From Candidatus Iainarchaeum sp. (GTDB lineage: Archaea; Iainarchaeota; Iainarchaeia; Iainarchaeales; JAAZKV01): a stretch of 64,000 nucleotides of DNA. Below the pieces are notes generated by a model. It ran no database searches, had not been told where the DNA came from, and saw only the letters and a list, made by a program, of their open reading frames with translations. The translations under genes and the position numbers were made by a program. Below are positions 19,609 through 27,725 of the stretch, piece by piece (position 1 is the stretch's first letter; each line of letters starts with the position of its first letter). The DNA is taken from NCBI GenBank assembly GCA_012799645.1, contig JAAZKV010000007.1, positions 3,355 through 67,354 of the forward strand. Direction: 5' to 3'.

Positions 19609-20519
19609 TTAAAAAACCTCCCAAAAATAGTTTTTGAAAAAATACTTCTAATATCCTTTAATTCTGAAAAAATACTTTTTCTTTTTATCTCATTTTCTTT
19701 ACTTAAATAAAAATCAACAATTCTTGATTCAATATCAGCGGAACAAATTTTGTTAAAATTTTTTAAGTTAATGTTTGGTTCTATTGAGATTACTCTTCCC
19801 TTCACTAAATCAACTTTTGCAATATCAAGACCTATTACTTTTGTCGCATTGAGCACATTTTCTTTATCACTATCAGGTAATTTGTAATACTCTCCTTTAT
19901 CAATTGGAACAACTACTTGGTCTTTTGTTTTTCTTTTCACTGAAAAAACTTCATCTCCAACAACAATACAAGAAATTACTGGCTCATCAATATACTCTCT
20001 TAACATAAATCCTTCAATATCACTCTTTATACTTTTAACAAAAGAATTTAGTTCTTTCCCATTATTTGCTATTATTGCTTGTTGTGCTTTTTTTCCAACA
20101 AAAGATTTTACAAGAAGAGGGTAAGAAATATTTTTTGATACTCTTTCAATGTTTTTCCCAGAACCTGAAGTCAATGTTTTTGGGGTTTTTACATTATTTA
20201 TTGCAAGAGAAACAAAAGTGTATGGTTCATTATCACTCAAATAATATGATCCTTTTTTTGAATTAACATAAAAACCTTGATTTGTTAATTCTTCAAGTAA
20301 TGGTTCTACAAAAGGAGCTAGAGAGGATCGCGCTTGTAAAAACACTGCATCAAAATTATCAATATTTGAACCCACAAGTTTTATTTCGGTCTTATCTTTT
20401 TTACTAACAAGCATAACTTTTGATAAGCGTAAATATTTTGCAGTAATTCCTTTTTCTAAAAATGCTTTGACAAAATTTTCCGCGATTTTTTTCTTTTCAG
20501 CTAAAACAAGTACTCTCAA
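19605..20519 (-). CDS. Divergent RimK-like ATP-grasp paralogue
   Basis: YPLLVKSFVGKKAQ, ISCIVVGDEV, IAKVDL...SIEPN retain the fold and metal-ligand pattern, but the RxNxxxGG loop is absent. The stop overlaps the next gene's start (ATGA). Confidence 0.6.
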   Translation of the reverse strand: MRVLVLAEKKKIAENFVKAFLEKGITAKYLRLSKVMLVSKKDKTEIKLVGSNIDNFDAVFLQARSSLAPFVEPLLEELTNQGFYVNSKKGSYYLSDNEPYTFVSLAINNVKTPKTLTSGSGKNIERVSKNISYPLLVKSFVGKKAQQAIIANNGKELNSFVKSIKSDIEGFMLREYIDEPVISCIVVGDEVFSVKRKTKDQVVVPIDKGEYYKLPDSDKENVLNATKVIGLDIAKVDLVKGRVISIEPNINLKNFNKICSADIESRIVDFYLSKENEIKRKSIFSELKDIRSIFSKTIFGRFFK

Positions 20520-20595
20520 AAAAACACCCTAAAATTCAATCTATTAGAAGAACAAAAACCTTAATAAGCGCTATTTCCTTAAACTTTAGACGAGT

Positions 20596-21006
20596 ATGGA
20601 TAAAAGAAAAAAACTAATAGGGCTTGTTGAAGTTGTAGAAATATTTGGTTCAAAAGGGAGTGTAAAAAAAAGAGCATTATTTGATACTGGAGCAACAAGA
20701 TCTTGTGTTGATGTAAAAGTCGCGGCAAAAGCAGGGATAGGGCCAATTGTTTCAAGTGTTAGAATAAAATCAGCAAGTGCTCCAAAAGGATACACAAGGA
20801 GAGCAATAGCTGAAGCAGTTATTAGGATCAAAGATAAAGAAGTGAAAGCGAGAGTGAATATTGAGGATAGAGAAGGGCTCCCTTACTCTGTACTAATTGG
20901 AAGAGACATAATTCACGAAAACTTTTTGATTGATGTTAGTAAAAGTAATAAAAGCATAAAGTCAATTGATTTAAGAGAGAGGGAAAAAAATGAATATGTT
21001 TATTAA
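20596..21006 (+). CDS. Retropepsin-like aspartic protease (DUF785 / RimK-associated, RimB-like)
   Basis: FDTGATRSCV (D-T-G-A active-site signature) and LIGRDII near the C-terminus. 136 aa. Confidence 0.65.
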   Translation: MDKRKKLIGLVEVVEIFGSKGSVKKRALFDTGATRSCVDVKVAAKAGIGPIVSSVRIKSASAPKGYTRRAIAEAVIRIKDKEVKARVNIEDREGLPYSVLIGRDIIHENFLIDVSKSNKSIKSIDLREREKNEYVY

Positions 21007-21496
21007 TCCAGTAAAAGAAAAAAACAAAAAAACCATTAATATTGAATTTGAAAAACTAAAACACCACGATCTGACAACAATTGAAGAACTACATAATTTG
21101 TTTCCTTTTTGGAAAAGAAACTCTATTTTGAAAAAACTAAAAAAAACTGAAAAAGAAAAAGATATTAGATTCATTGCAAAAATTGATGGAAAAATAGTTG
21201 CGCACGTAAAATACATTTTGGGGAAAAGCTTACACAAACACAGAGTGGAAATGGTTTCTTTAATGGTGGAAGAAAATAATCGAAGAAAAGGAATAGCAAA
21301 AAAACTTGTAAATTACTCTCTAAAAAACCTTCCTGAAGAAAAAACACTTGTAATACTAGCAGTTGATAAAAAAAACAAACCAGCAATTAATTTGTACAAA
21401 AAACTAGGATTCAAAGAACACGGATTACTAAAAAAAGCATCAATAGTTGATGGAAAATATGTGGATAATTTATTAATGAACAAAAAAATTAAATAA
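20990..21496 (+). CDS. GNAT family N-acetyltransferase
   Basis: Motif A RRKGIAKKLV, NKPAINLYKKLGF. Overlaps the upstream protease gene by 17 nt. Confidence 0.8.
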   Translation: MNMFINPVKEKNKKTINIEFEKLKHHDLTTIEELHNLFPFWKRNSILKKLKKTEKEKDIRFIAKIDGKIVAHVKYILGKSLHKHRVEMVSLMVEENNRRKGIAKKLVNYSLKNLPEEKTLVILAVDKKNKPAINLYKKLGFKEHGLLKKASIVDGKYVDNLLMNKKIK

Positions 21497-21607
21497 AAAA
21501 AATAATAAAAAAAATCAATAAAAAATTGATAAAAAAAATCAAATTCGTAATACTTAACTAAAAAATTGATAAAAAAATTTATATACTAAAAAGAAGGTAA
21601 TTATACT

Positions 21608-22144
21608 ATGTTTTATAACTTTTTAAAACCAAGAAAAGCGTTTGAAGAAGCTCTCGCAAACGAAAATCTTAGTGATGCGTGGATTATTGCTTTATTAACA
21701 GGAGTAATGTTTGGGATCAGTGCTTGGCTTTTTTCTGGAGAAACATACCCTGCAATTGGAATGACCATTTTAATGATTTTACAATGGGTAATTTTAGCAG
21801 GAATAATTTATGTTTTTGAATTTATGATGAAAAATAAAAAGAAAAGAATAGCCGAAAGAAGTTTTGGAGAAATCATTTCTGCAACAGGAAAACTATGGGA
21901 ACTTGTGTTAATACTTTCAATATTATTAATTGCAAGCATTGTAATAAAACACGAATTAATTTCAATAACAATTTGGATATTATTAACAATCATTGGAATA
22001 CTCTTTTTGTACAATTTATTCATTTTATTAAAAGTTGTTTTAGACGCAAAAAACTTACGAACTTTTGTTAGTTTAATTTTAGTACTAATTATACACACCT
22101 TATTAACCCAATTTGTTTTGATGATAATGGGAATAATTTTGTGA
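21608..22144 (+). CDS. Integral membrane protein (Yip1-like topology)
   Basis: 178 aa with 4-5 predicted TM helices and an N-terminal cytosolic segment. Confidence 0.5.
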   Translation: MFYNFLKPRKAFEEALANENLSDAWIIALLTGVMFGISAWLFSGETYPAIGMTILMILQWVILAGIIYVFEFMMKNKKKRIAERSFGEIISATGKLWELVLILSILLIASIVIKHELISITIWILLTIIGILFLYNLFILLKVVLDAKNLRTFVSLILVLIIHTLLTQFVLMIMGIIL

Positions 22145-22267
22145 AATACCAAAAAATTCATCCTATTTAGAAAAACCATTATTCACACAAAGTTAAACAA
22201 AAAAAACTAAATCCAAACCATCTTTATTCAAAAACAAATTTTTGTTACGAATTTTGCCAAAAAAGAA

Positions 22268-22279
22268 CCTTTATAAAGG
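22268..22279 (+). promoter_or_regulatory. Palindromic TATA element cctttataaagg
   Basis: Centred about 27 nt upstream of the ATG at 22301. The same 12-mer recurs at 31000-31011. Confidence 0.45.
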
Positions 22280-22300
22280 TAAAGGGGAGGAAAATTAGTT

Positions 22301-22522
22301 ATGAAAAAGACATGCAGTGATTGTAAAACTCGTTTCGAGGTAAAACTTGAAGATATTGAAGAAGGAGACCACGTGAATTGCCCAGAATGCAACTTGGAAT
22401 ACACTTTAATTTATGATTCTAATGGTAAAGAAAAACTAGTAGAAACAAAAGTTCTTGAAATGGAAGATGATGAAGACGAAGACGATAATGAATACAGCGA
22501 TTACGATTCTTACAATGATTAA
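22301..22522 (+). CDS. LysW-like zinc-ribbon protein with an extended acidic C-terminal tail
   Basis: CSDC...19 aa...CPEC; EVKLEDIEEGDHVNCPECNLEYTLI parallels the LysW pattern. The tail is LEMEDDEDEDDNEYSDYDSYND. Confidence 0.55.
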   Translation: MKKTCSDCKTRFEVKLEDIEEGDHVNCPECNLEYTLIYDSNGKEKLVETKVLEMEDDEDEDDNEYSDYDSYND

Positions 22523-22670
22523 TTCAAAAATATTAATTAACTATCCACCCATCTAAAAACCCAAAACTAATTTTTTTTTGAACAAAAGCAACAATTAAAA
22601 ACCACCACAAACTAAATATACTTATTAATCTAAAAGCACCAAAATTAAAAAAAAAACATTTTTTGGAGTA

Positions 22671-23276
22671 ATGAATATGAGTAGAAGAGGAACAAAACCA
22701 AAACCTTCAATAGGACAACAATTAACTTTCAATTTCAGAAAACCTTTATCAGAAAGAATTGCAGAGTCAAAAACGAAAACTATTGAAAAATTGAAAAAAA
22801 GAAAAAGAACAATTGAAAATATGAAAAGAAAAATGAATGAACGTAACGCAGAGAGAAAAGCAACACTCAATAAAATAAAAATATTACAAGCATCAGCACA
22901 AAAAGGATTAAATAAAATAAGAGCAATCGAGATTAGAGAAGCTGCAAAAAAAGGAAAATACTTACCCCTACCAAAATTTAATCCAAATAATTCAAAAATG
23001 AAACCAAAATTAATTGCTTTTGCGAGAAAAATTGATCTTGAAAGAATAAAAATAATCGGAGCAGAGAGATTCAGACAAGATTGGGTTACAATTGATGCTA
23101 GAAGAAGAACAATTGCGAATGCACAAAATAAAAAAGCAAGAAATTTTTCAACAACATCAACAGCATATGTATGGGATATTTACAGAATAGGACAAGATAT
23201 GATAGCAAGTGGAAACAAAATGCAACAATCACTAGGAACACAACTAGTAGCAGAAGTGAATAATTTATTTAATTAA
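22671..23276 (+). CDS. Hypothetical basic protein
   Basis: 201-aa ORF, K/R-rich, coiled-coil-like N half. No family recognised. Confidence 0.45.
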   Translation: MNMSRRGTKPKPSIGQQLTFNFRKPLSERIAESKTKTIEKLKKRKRTIENMKRKMNERNAERKATLNKIKILQASAQKGLNKIRAIEIREAAKKGKYLPLPKFNPNNSKMKPKLIAFARKIDLERIKIIGAERFRQDWVTIDARRRTIANAQNKKARNFSTTSTAYVWDIYRIGQDMIASGNKMQQSLGTQLVAEVNNLFN

Positions 23277-23387
23277 AAAAATAAAATTATAAATATTATT
23301 TGAAAATAAATTAATTAAAAATAATTAATTAAAAATAATTAATTAAAAACAATATTTCAAATTTAAAAAAAATAAAAGTGAAAATAA

Positions 23388-24815
23388 ATGGCTCTGAAAT
23401 TTTTTAATTCTCTTGGAAACAAAATGGAAGAATTTGTTCCACTAAAAAAAGGAGAAGTGACACTATACACTTGTGGACCAACAATATACAATTATGCACA
23501 CATTGGAAATTTTAGAGCATATGTATGGGAAGATCTTTTACGAAGATACTTAGAGTATAAAGGATACAAAGTAACCCATGTAATGAATTACACTGATGTG
23601 GATGATAAGACAATTAAAGGAAGCATACAAGAAAAAGTACCATTATTTGAATTCACAGAAAAATACAGAATTGCATTCCACGAAGACATAAACACACTGA
23701 ACATAAAACCCGCAACAATTTATTGTGCCGCAACAAAACACATAAAAGAAATGGTAGAACTAATCCAAAAATTAATGGACAAAGGAATCGCTTACAAAGG
23801 AGAAGATGGATCAATTTATTATTCAATAAAAAAATTTCCAGAATACGGAAAACTATCAGGACTCAATATTAAAAAATTAAAATCAGGAGCAAGAATAAAA
23901 CAAGATGAGTATGAAAAAGAAGGAGTTGGAGATTTTGCTTTGTGGAAAGCGTGGGATGAAAACGATGGACCGGTGTATTGGGAAACCCAACTAGGAAAAG
24001 GAAGACCAGGATGGCACATTGAGTGCTCTGCAATGAGTACAAAATATTTAGGAGAAACAATTGACATACACACAGGAGGAATAGATAACAAATTCCCTCA
24101 CCACGAAAATGAAATTGCACAAATAGAACCAGTGACAGGAAAACAATTCGTAAAATATTGGTTACACTGCGCACACTTAATGGTTGAAGGAGAAAAAATG
24201 TCAAAATCAAAAGGAAACTTTTACACTTTAAGAGATTTAACAGAAAAAGAAAAAATGAAACCAATGGCGATAAGATACACTTTACTAAATTCACAATATG
24301 GACAACCAATAAATTTTACTCGCGAATCAGTAAAAGATAGTGAAAAAACACTTGAAGGGTTACAAAACTTTATTGAAAGAGTAAGGGATATTAAAAACAC
24401 TGAAATTAAAAACACTGAAGAAAACCCAAGAGTTAGTGAAATAATTGAAGAAAGCAAAACCGGGTTTGAAAATGCGATGAATGATAATTTGAATACACCC
24501 GAAGCAACAAAACACATATTTGAGTTTGTTAGAAAAATAAACAAATTAATTGATGAAAACCAACTTGGGCAAAACAATTCAAAAGAAATAATAAATTATT
24601 TAAAAAAAATAAACGAAGTTTTAGGAGTGCTTGATTTTACTGAAAAATTCTTTGAAATTAGTGAAGAGCAACAAAAACTAATTGAAGAAAGAACAAATGC
24701 AAAAAAAGAAAAAAATTGGGCAAAAGCTGACGAAATAAGAAACACACTTTTAGAACAAGGAATAATCCTAATAGATAATAAAGATGGAACAACTACTCCA
24801 AAACCAAAAAATTAA
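23388..24815 (+). CDS. cysS: Cysteinyl-tRNA synthetase
   Basis: HIGN (HIGH) at the N-terminus, KMSKSKGN, WHIECS zinc-site motif. Confidence 0.93.
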   Translation: MALKFFNSLGNKMEEFVPLKKGEVTLYTCGPTIYNYAHIGNFRAYVWEDLLRRYLEYKGYKVTHVMNYTDVDDKTIKGSIQEKVPLFEFTEKYRIAFHEDINTLNIKPATIYCAATKHIKEMVELIQKLMDKGIAYKGEDGSIYYSIKKFPEYGKLSGLNIKKLKSGARIKQDEYEKEGVGDFALWKAWDENDGPVYWETQLGKGRPGWHIECSAMSTKYLGETIDIHTGGIDNKFPHHENEIAQIEPVTGKQFVKYWLHCAHLMVEGEKMSKSKGNFYTLRDLTEKEKMKPMAIRYTLLNSQYGQPINFTRESVKDSEKTLEGLQNFIERVRDIKNTEIKNTEENPRVSEIIEESKTGFENAMNDNLNTPEATKHIFEFVRKINKLIDENQLGQNNSKEIINYLKKINEVLGVLDFTEKFFEISEEQQKLIEERTNAKKEKNWAKADEIRNTLLEQGIILIDNKDGTTTPKPKN

Positions 24816-24946
24816 CTATAACTTCTCCAAAAATCACTCTCAAAAAAACAACAAAAAAGGAAAACATATATAAACTCCTGAATCATTAATAGGTTGATAA
24901 AAAACAGCTTGCCAAAAATACAAAAATAAGAAATCAAGTGATTATA

Positions 24947-25666
24947 ATGAAAAAAATTAACTCCAAAAAAGAAAAAAAACAAAAAAACAAAAAAAAAGAA
25001 CACACTGTTGATCCTTTTTTATTTGGTTTTTTGACCAAGAACATAAACAATTATAGAAACTATTTATTAGATCGTGCTTCTCAATACCCAAAAATTATAC
25101 AATTAACAGTTAAAAAAACACATTTATTTTCTTACAAATACCCAAAATTAATTTTATTTATTATTTGTATAATCGCTGCTTATTTTTTGGTGAGCAATGC
25201 TTCATTTGTAAATCTAATACAACATTTAAATGGATTGAGTTATATTGGAATGTTCATTACAGGTTTATTATTTTCTTTCGGTTTCACTAGTCCGTTCGCG
25301 GTAGCAATACTACTTGCAATGAAACCTGATAATATTTTATTATTCGCAATAATTGGAGGAATTGGCGCAACAATTTCTGATGTGTTAATATATAAATTTG
25401 TAAAATTTTCTTTTGAAAACGAATTCTTAGAACTAAAAAAAGAAAGGCCTGTGCTTTATGTTAAAGAAAATTTGGATAAATATTTACACCCAACTCTGAA
25501 AACATATTTAACCTTTGCTTTTGGGGGACTTCTTTTATCAACACCAATGCCTGATGAGGCAGGAATTTTGGTTCTTTCAGGATTAATGGAAATAAAATTA
25601 AAAGTGCTAATAGTAATTAGTTTAATTTTCAAAACAGCCGGAATTTTGGCTATTCTGTTATTGTAA
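24947..25666 (+). CDS. Membrane protein, hypothetical
   Basis: K-rich N-terminus followed by about 5 TM helices. ATG at 24947 follows gtgat. Confidence 0.5.
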   Translation: MKKINSKKEKKQKNKKKEHTVDPFLFGFLTKNINNYRNYLLDRASQYPKIIQLTVKKTHLFSYKYPKLILFIICIIAAYFLVSNASFVNLIQHLNGLSYIGMFITGLLFSFGFTSPFAVAILLAMKPDNILLFAIIGGIGATISDVLIYKFVKFSFENEFLELKKERPVLYVKENLDKYLHPTLKTYLTFAFGGLLLSTPMPDEAGILVLSGLMEIKLKVLIVISLIFKTAGILAILLL

Positions 25667-25682
25667 AAAAATTGTAGGAATG

Positions 25683-25805
25683 TTAGAAATTATTTTACTA
25701 TAATTTATTTTATTATTAATTTGTTAGAATTTTTTGTTAGAATTTATTTTATTACAATTTTATTAATCAGAATTTATTTTATTAGAAATTATTTTACTAT
25801 AATTT
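25683..25805. repeat. 24-bp perfect direct repeat pair (ttagaaattattttactataattt) 99 bp apart, with gttagaattt sub-repeats between
   Basis: Copies at 25683-25706 and 25782-25805, read directly. They lie in a spacer between convergent genes. Confidence 0.75.
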
Positions 25806-25858
25806 GTTAGAATTTGTTTTGCAAAAATTTGTTTTGTAAAAATTTATTTCACCAAAAT

Positions 25859-27145
25859 TTATTTTGACCATTTTTTGATTGCTTCTGATAATTCTTTACT
25901 ATTTTTTGCCGCTTCTTTCACATCAATTCCGTTCATTTCTGCTTCGATCGCGTCCCTCATTGCTTTTGCTCCTGCAAAAGTTCCGCTTGGGTGTCCGTGA
26001 ATTCCTCCGCCTGCTTGAATCACTATGTCTCTTCCCATTGAGTGAATTAGTGGTGATACACTTTGTGGGTGAATTGCTCCTGAACAAACAGCCATTACTG
26101 GAGCTAACCCCATCCAATCTTCTTGTAATTTGTGTTTGAATATTTTTTCTGAAATAAGAGTATCCTCAATTTTTTCTCCAAGAAGCATAATTTCTGTTGT
26201 TTCTTTATTACCAATTCCACCAACTTGTAATTCATCCACTCCAATTAATCTACAAATTTTTGAAACAACAAGCATACTTATTCCGTGATTGTTGGCTTTT
26301 GTAAAAACACCATGCCCTGCTTTGTGTGCGTGAATCACTATATTCAAGTCAAGTTCTCTTAATGCTTGAAGACCTGACCAACCAATAGTGAATGCATCAA
26401 CTAAAACAAATCTTCCCCCGTGAGAAATAACCATTTTTGCTCTTGACACCATTTGATTATAAGAACCAGTGATATTTGGCAAATACTCTTTCACTTCCCC
26501 TGTTTCTCTCTCCACTCTTCTTTTAACATCAAGCACTGCTCTTATTCTTTCATCAAAATCATTTCCTTCTAGTGAAGTTAAATTTTCATCATCTCCAACA
26601 AGATCAGCGCCCCCCCTCCAAGCTTCTTCTGCGAGTTTGGCATACTCTTTAATTGTTAATCCAACTTTTGGTTTTATTACACAACTCAAAAGTGGACGAT
26701 GAGGAATCCTCATTAACCTTCTAATCCCCGGAACACCATAATGCGGACCATAATAGTGTTTTACAAAAGAATCCGGAAACTCTATATCAAGTAATTTTAT
26801 TGTTTTAATTTCTCGCATACTAAAAATATTCCCAGCAATTGAAGACAACACTTGTGGAATATTTCTTGCTTCAAAAAGATTTTCAGGAAAAGCGATTTTT
26901 ACAATATTGTTTTTTTTACTAATCTCAAATATTTTTGGAGAAAATTTTTTGAAAGTAGTTTCATCAATATTTTTTAGTTCAGTCCAAGTACCAAGTCCTG
27001 CTTCAGAAGCAACTTTTCTTGCCACTGTTTCTAAAGTAACTCCCTTTGCTGGTTCAATAGAATAAACACAAATAAGATCAGTGTTTTCTGGTTTGTATTT
27101 CAAATTCAAATACGTTTCAAGTCTTTCAACAACCAAAAAAACCAA
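25859..27145 (-). CDS. RuBisCO large-subunit homologue, form III-like, with non-canonical active-site residues (possible RuBisCO-like protein)
   Basis: GLGTWT, IAGNIF, IKPKVGL, GDDENLTS, HGISM, GGGIHGHP motifs. TTG start after gagggg. See findings for substitutions. Confidence 0.8.
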   Translation of the reverse strand: MVFLVVERLETYLNLKYKPENTDLICVYSIEPAKGVTLETVARKVASEAGLGTWTELKNIDETTFKKFSPKIFEISKKNNIVKIAFPENLFEARNIPQVLSSIAGNIFSMREIKTIKLLDIEFPDSFVKHYYGPHYGVPGIRRLMRIPHRPLLSCVIKPKVGLTIKEYAKLAEEAWRGGADLVGDDENLTSLEGNDFDERIRAVLDVKRRVERETGEVKEYLPNITGSYNQMVSRAKMVISHGGRFVLVDAFTIGWSGLQALRELDLNIVIHAHKAGHGVFTKANNHGISMLVVSKICRLIGVDELQVGGIGNKETTEIMLLGEKIEDTLISEKIFKHKLQEDWMGLAPVMAVCSGAIHPQSVSPLIHSMGRDIVIQAGGGIHGHPSGTFAGAKAMRDAIEAEMNGIDVKEAAKNSKELSEAIKKWSK

Positions 27146-27305
27146 CCCCTCACAATCACCAAACTTTATTACTAACTCACTCTTACTAATACATTTTCAC
27201 TAATTTATTTTTATATTCATTTTCATTAACTTATTTTCATCAATTCATTTTCACTAATTTATTACTAATTTATTTTATTATTAATTTTCACACTATTTTT
27301 TTATT

Positions 27306-27512
27306 TCATTGTTTTTTTAAAACCAATCTTATATCTTCGTCAGTTATTGTTTTTCTTCCAGCGTGTTTTGAGTAAAGTGAAGCTTCTTGAGCAACTTTCA
27401 TACCCACATCCTCTAAATGCTCTGCGAGTACTTTAGCAGCAGAACTACTAACCCTAATCCCACTAGATTTTCTAATAATCCTATCAACAGCCGCCAAAGG
27501 CAATTCAGACAT
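27306..27512 (-). CDS. Archaeal histone (HMf family)
   Basis: MSELPLAAVDRIIRK...RVSSSAAKVLAEHLE...AGRKTITDEDIRL, 68 aa. gaggtg SD upstream of the ATG at 27512. Confidence 0.85.
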   Translation of the reverse strand: MSELPLAAVDRIIRKSSGIRVSSSAAKVLAEHLEDVGMKVAQEASLYSKHAGRKTITDEDIRLVLKKQ

Positions 27513-27694
27513 AAAAAAAACACCTCTTTTAATAAACACCCATTTTTTAGAAAAATAAAACATTAGAAGAATAAAAAGGTATGCTTTTGAGCCAAAAATC
27601 GGCTTAATTGCGGAAAAAAAAGAAAAATAACTCCTTTTTAGACAAATTAACCAAAATTATTAGAATTAATTCCTCGGCATTGTTCTTAGAGAAG

Positions 27695-27702
27695 CTTTAA
27701 AA
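27695..27702 (+). promoter_or_regulatory. TATA box (ctttaaaa) for hef, at leaderless-type spacing
   Basis: Centred about 27 nt upstream of the ATG at 27726. No SD in between. Confidence 0.4.
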
Positions 27703-27725
27703 CCCATACAAACCCTTACTAATTT

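Noticed and set aside
25667-25858. A repeat-rich AT spacer considered as a replication origin (ORB-like repeats)
   Set aside because: There is no G-string or ORB consensus and no adjacent orc1/cdc6. The spacer lies between convergent 3' ends, and similar repeats occur in most spacers.
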